Source: Eledone cirrhosa
Taxonomy: Eukaryota
Direction of reading: 5' to 3'
Assembly: GCA_964016885.1 (NCBI GenBank)
Contig: OZ024741.1
Location: 220,720,001-220,784,000 of the forward strand
DNA length: 64,000 nt
Below the pieces are notes generated by a model, which saw nothing but the letters and a program-made list of their open reading frames with translations, ran no database searches and was not told where the DNA came from. Shown one piece after another: positions 58,900 through 64,000 of this stretch. Each line of letters opens with the position of its first letter. Within the stretch, counting starts at the first letter, position 1. Made by a program: the position numbers and the translations under genes.

Positions 58900-59316
58900 C
58901 ATACATATACATATATACACACATACATACACGCATACATACACACATACATACACACATACATACACACATCCATCCATACATACATACATGCATACAC
59001 ATACACATGCATACACACATACACACACACATACATACAACACACACACATATACATAGATCCATCCATCCATACATACATGAAAGCATGCATACATACA
59101 CACATACATGCACACATACATACATACACACATCCATCCATCCATACATACATACATACATACATATATACATACATACATACATACATACATACATACA
59201 TACAAACATACATACATACAAACATACATACATACATACATACATACATACATACATACATACATACATACATACATACATACATACATACATACATACA
59301 TACATACATACATACA
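58870..59316. repeat. (CATA)n-rich microsatellite
   Basis: Direct inspection; abuts the 5' end of the R4 element. Confidence 0.92.
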
Positions 59317-62300
59317 TAATCAGTCAACGCGATCAGTCGCATATTTTGGCGTGGGAGACTATTTATTAAATTTAAGATGAATACTATCTCCCACAGTAAT
59401 GCCATAACTACAGTCAGGTTGAATAACTGGTTATTCTTCTAACTATATCTTCTGAAGACACCTTTTATTCGAATTCGTAGAGATATCCGACTAAATACAT
59501 AATTCATTTTACAAGGATTTGCTACAAACAGCATGGCTGAACACAACATCAACAAGAAAATTAAGGAAGTATTGAAGACAAATAACAAAGAAGGTAATCA
59601 AACTTTATTCAGTTGTAGCTACAGAAGAAACCGAAATTATAAATCGCATTTCTCTTGGAGTTGCGAACTTAATAATGATTTATTTAATTGTTATAAATTG
59701 GCAAAAAATAATCCCTCCGTTGGCTATATGAATAGAATGAAGCTACACTGGGACGAAATGCACCCAGAGCTAAATTATTTCACAGCGAAACAATTACGCC
59801 AACAAGCCACGTTTGTTGAACGTAAAAATAAGATAAATATTATTAATTGTATGTCCCCCACAACAAACATGGAATCAACAACACGTGCTACAGATCGCCA
59901 TGCTACTAGACTTCCTAGCAGCCAGGTCGAACAGCGCCTTGAAACAACTATGCCTGTACCATCTAAGTCTACCTCGAATGCTGGGGAAAACACTATCGAT
60001 AATAATAATAATCGAAGAAATAATAATAATAATCGAATAAATGTGACACCACGTGTACCATCCGAGTCTACCTCGACTGTTGTGGAAAATACTATCGATA
60101 ATGATAATCAAAAGTATAAACAATTGAAAATTTCCCTCAACGAAATCTTCCAGAGAGAAATTAACTCATGTATAAATATCTCTCTGGCTGAACGTGTTAA
60201 AATGACAATGGTGAATAAAAAACCAAATAATGAAATACTACGTGTTATTGACGAAATAGGGGATGAATATTTACGACGGATAAAAACCCCAACATTTTGG
60301 CAAATCAACGCCTGTTTATATGCCTTAGCAATGACAGTGAAGCATTATCTTGGTGATAGCAGAGATATTAACAAGAACAAAACACCACCAAAAATACCAT
60401 CATATATAACTAAAATACAAAAAAAGAGTGCTGACCTACGAAAAAACATAGGACATGTGATAATGATCCTTACATGCAAACAAACACAAAAAAACCTCAC
60501 TCCTCACCAACAAAGAGTGAAAAATAAAATAGAGACGATGTTTGGTAACAGTAGAACCAGAACTCTCCAATATAAGCTGATCACCCTCAAACAAGAATTG
60601 AGAGCTGTTAGCGAAAAACGCCGATACCTGAAGAAGGTAGATGAGAGAAAAATGCTTAATAAAAGATTCAGACGAAACCAAACATCAGTCTGTAGAGATA
60701 TGAAGGGCAAAATAATAAGTGTCACTGAGGCCCCATCCCAGAAAGACATAGATTCCTTTTGGAGAAAAATATGGGGTGAAAAAAAGAATTTCAACCAAGA
60801 TGCAGTGTGGCTAAGAGAAATCCGAAAGAACTATTGCTCCTACACTACAACAAAAACATACGAAATAAGTGAGGGTACCCTTGAGACTGTGATAGGAAAA
60901 CTCCAAGATAAGAAAACACCAGGAAGAGACATGATTGTCGGCTACTGGTACAAAACACTAATATTCTATTGGAGGTATCTTACTGACCTCTACCAACATT
61001 TCTTAAGGGAGATACACTTATACCAGAATGGTTGACATTAGCACAAACGTTACTGGTCCCCAAGAACAAAGACACCCACTTGGCAAAAAACTACCGACCC
61101 ATTGCTTGCCAGAACCTAATGTATAAGATGTATACAGCCTGCCTCAACCTATTCCTCCAAGATAACTGTGAAAATCATAACATCATCACAGATGAACAAG
61201 CGGCTGGAAAGAAAAGGGTTTGGGGATGTGTTGAACAACTCCTGATCAACAAAACTGCGATGTCGGAGGTGCGACAACTTAGGAGGAATATGACTACAGT
61301 CTGGCTGGATTACAAGAAAGCTTTCGATTCTGTTCCCCACTCTTGGATGGTAGAGGCCCTCCAACTTGCTAAAGTCCCAGACATTATTGTCAGAGCCATA
61401 GAGAGGCTGTCTTCTTCTTGGGCTACTATCTTAAGGCTAAAGACAGAGAGGGAGGACTCTATTTTCACTGATAAAATAACATATTGCAGGGGTATATTTC
61501 AGGGAGACAGTCTCTCTGTCATATTGTTCATCTTGTCATTAAACCCCTTGTCCTTTCTGCTCAAGAAATGTGAGGGATACATCATTGGCTCACAGGAGGA
61601 CAGAAATACGAACCTAACCCATAACTTCTTTGTGGACGATCTGATATCTATGCCAAGAACATGGATGGGATGAAGAAAAATCTGGACCTGTTTACAACGT
61701 TCTCAAAGGATATAGGAATGGAGTTTGGCCAAGATAAATGCTCATACATGATTGTAAAGCGGGGAAAAACAACAACCCAATCTAGCAACATTGTCATCAA
61801 TGGCCTAACTGTTTCACCGATATCTGATGAGGACTGCTACAGATACCTGGAGATAGATGAGAACATATCCTATAATGGTATCTGTAATAAAGAACGCGTA
61901 ACCAGGGAATACTACACCCGAGTAAAAAAGATCTGGTCATCGGAACTCTCTGCGCAAAACAAAACAGTGGCTCACAATGTGTTTGCTGTGCCTGTCCTAA
62001 CACCAATGTTTGGAATACTCAATTGGACGATAGACGAAATCCGAGCAGTTGACGTTGGAACTCGAAAAATACTGAACAACACCGGAAACTTCCACATCAA
62101 CACTGACATAGACCGCCTTTACTTGAAACGTAGGCAGGGAGGCAGCGGCCTAACATCATTCCAGACAACATTTGAATGTCGCATCATATCTCTCCTACAA
62201 CATCTACGAACCTCGAGCGTAGGAGCCCGCTTCTCGAGCAAGTCTATCTGCATGAAACAGATAAGATCATGAGAGTTGGGAAGGAACTCCTTGAGAGATA

Positions 62301-63425
62301 TTCCCTGTGTGATAATCAAAAACTCACACCCAGGGATGTCGCTCAGCAGTATCGCAGTGAATCCATGGATGAAAAACTGCATGCCTATCAGCAAAAAATC
62401 ATGCATGGTTATGTTGCCAGGAAGCTCCAGATTGAGAGTAATATAGATAAGGAAAGTAGTATATCTTGGACCAACAACCGCTATATTGGCTCCCACCTTG
62501 AAGGATACGCTTTTGCAATCCAAGAACAGGAGATTAGCACGAAATACCTGATTCACAAAAGAGATAAGGATGCAGGCAAAACACCTAGATGTGATAACAA
62601 GTGCAGACTCTGCAGAACTAACATCGAAAATATCACCCATGTCATCAGCAGCTGCCCAAAGATGTCATAGCGGTACTATCTACCTATGAGGCATGATGTA
62701 GTGGCCAAAGCACTGTACAATGCAGTTCGTATAAAAGATAGCCCCGATGATAAACACATTAAAAGCTACAACAATGTGGAAGACATCCATGTACATAATA
62801 TGAAAGAGTACTGGTGGAATGTTCCAGTAAAAACCCCAATAAAATGCAGGCATAACAGACCAGATATTATGATATAGGACAGGGAGAAGAAAACATGCAC
62901 AGTAGTGGAAATTAGCTGCCCAGCAGATGCCAATATAATATCAAAGATTAGTGAAAAGGAGATTATTTATGCAGAACTGATGAGAAATCTGCAGATACTC
63001 CACCCTGATTACACCTTCAGATTTAAACCTGTGATTATTGGGGCACTGGGATATGTTAGTAACTGCCTCAATACAAATCTTGAGAAGCTAGGCATCACAG
63101 GAACAGAAAGAACACAACTAGTTAGGAAATTAAAAGTACAATCTATTAATGGAACAGTAAAAATATGTAAAACATTCCAAATATTTTGCATCTAATAACT
63201 GCATATACACATGTACAGATACAAAGCATATACACATGCACACATACAACTCAAAACATCCACATCCACACATACAATAACATCCATATCTACACATGCA
63301 TGCATGCAGACATACATACATATCTACCTAGTTGATGTGTAAATTCCTATTGAGAGAGTCTTGTGTCTATGTTAGAAACCGACTCTCTATTGGTAAAACT
63401 TTGTGAAATTATAAAACCAGAAAAA
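59317..63425 (+). mobile_element. Near full-length R4/Dong-clade non-LTR retrotransposon
   Basis: 5' UTR, one disrupted ORF with RT and restriction-like endonuclease, 3' UTR; bounded by CATA repeats on both sides. Confidence 0.9.
59533..63195 (+). pseudogene. RT-RLE polyprotein (frameshifts near 61030, 61660 and 62230; stops at 62670 and 62877)
   Basis: KTPGRD..GYW; NYRPIAC; WLDYKKAFDSVPHSW; GIFQGDSLS; FVDDL; FGQDKC; RLYLKR..GGSGL; CRLC...THVISSC; RHD; NRPDIMI; EISCP..NI..K..EK...Y. Confidence 0.92.
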
Positions 63426-63440
63426 CATACATACATACAT

Positions 63441-64000
63441 GATGGCTGCCCCCTCGTTATCGAGTATGGCCATTGCACGATATACCATTATTAATAATTA
63501 TTAATTAATGCTATCGTGCAATGCCTGTGCGTGAAGATATTTTTTAAAGTGAGGAAAGACTGTGCACTGAGCCAATCCCACTCTCTGAATGACAGTAGCT
63601 ATAACCCGAAAAGAAAAAAAGATCAACATCATCAGTAACTACTGAGCCGTAGGTTTTATGTTGGAGTTATCCCAGTTTACTGAGTTGCCTTCTCCTAGAA
63701 GCATGCTCTGACAAAGGCTAGGGGTCTTTCACTTCCAGTGGTATAACCGCGCAATCGGGTATCCAGCCCGACTATTTCTATGTCCCCGCGCATATACATA
63801 CACATGCACCCATGTATATACACATGTACATACACATACAAATATACATGTGGATATACATATTTACATACTTTTGGATGGCCGTTGACCCTTATGAGGT
63901 CTTCCGCTCTTTGTCAGGTTTTGTTTTTTGTCCTGCAGGGTGTCCAAAATCACCTCCTCACCAAGTAAACATGGTGGGGTTGCCGGTTTAGTCCCGGCGA
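63441..64000 (+). mobile_element. Diverged family E copy (runs off the window)
   Basis: gatggctgccccctcgttatcgagtatggcc...ccttctcctaga...gtcctgcagggtgtccaaa...ggtggggttgccggtttagtc. Confidence 0.7.

Overview
AT-rich, microsatellite-saturated eukaryotic non-genic DNA. The repeat content suggests an octopus or other cephalopod (inference), and no host exon could be supported. The long I/Y/H/T/V/C/L-rich ORFs are translations of simple repeats. Recognisable elements are two decayed Naiad-type Penelope-like elements (PLE; RT plus C-terminal GIY-YIG), two further GIY-YIG PLE 3' fragments, a CR1-type LINE, a near full-length R4/Dong-clade RLE retrotransposon in a (CATA)n tract, Tx1/L1 and RTE fragments, a complete non-autonomous LTR element (LTRs, PBS, PPT, 4-bp TSD), two tRNA-derived SINE families and several mini/microsatellites. 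The strongest unusual signal is about 20 minimal type I hammerhead ribozyme motifs (CUGANGA...GAAA...UH) from at least 10 sequence families. Most lie in short fold-back (inverted-duplicated) inserts between (TA)n tracts, consistent with many PLE families repeatedly inserting ribozyme-bearing terminal repeats into TA microsatellites. Some also show a splice donor just upstream of the ribozyme and an ATG-initiated tail downstream.
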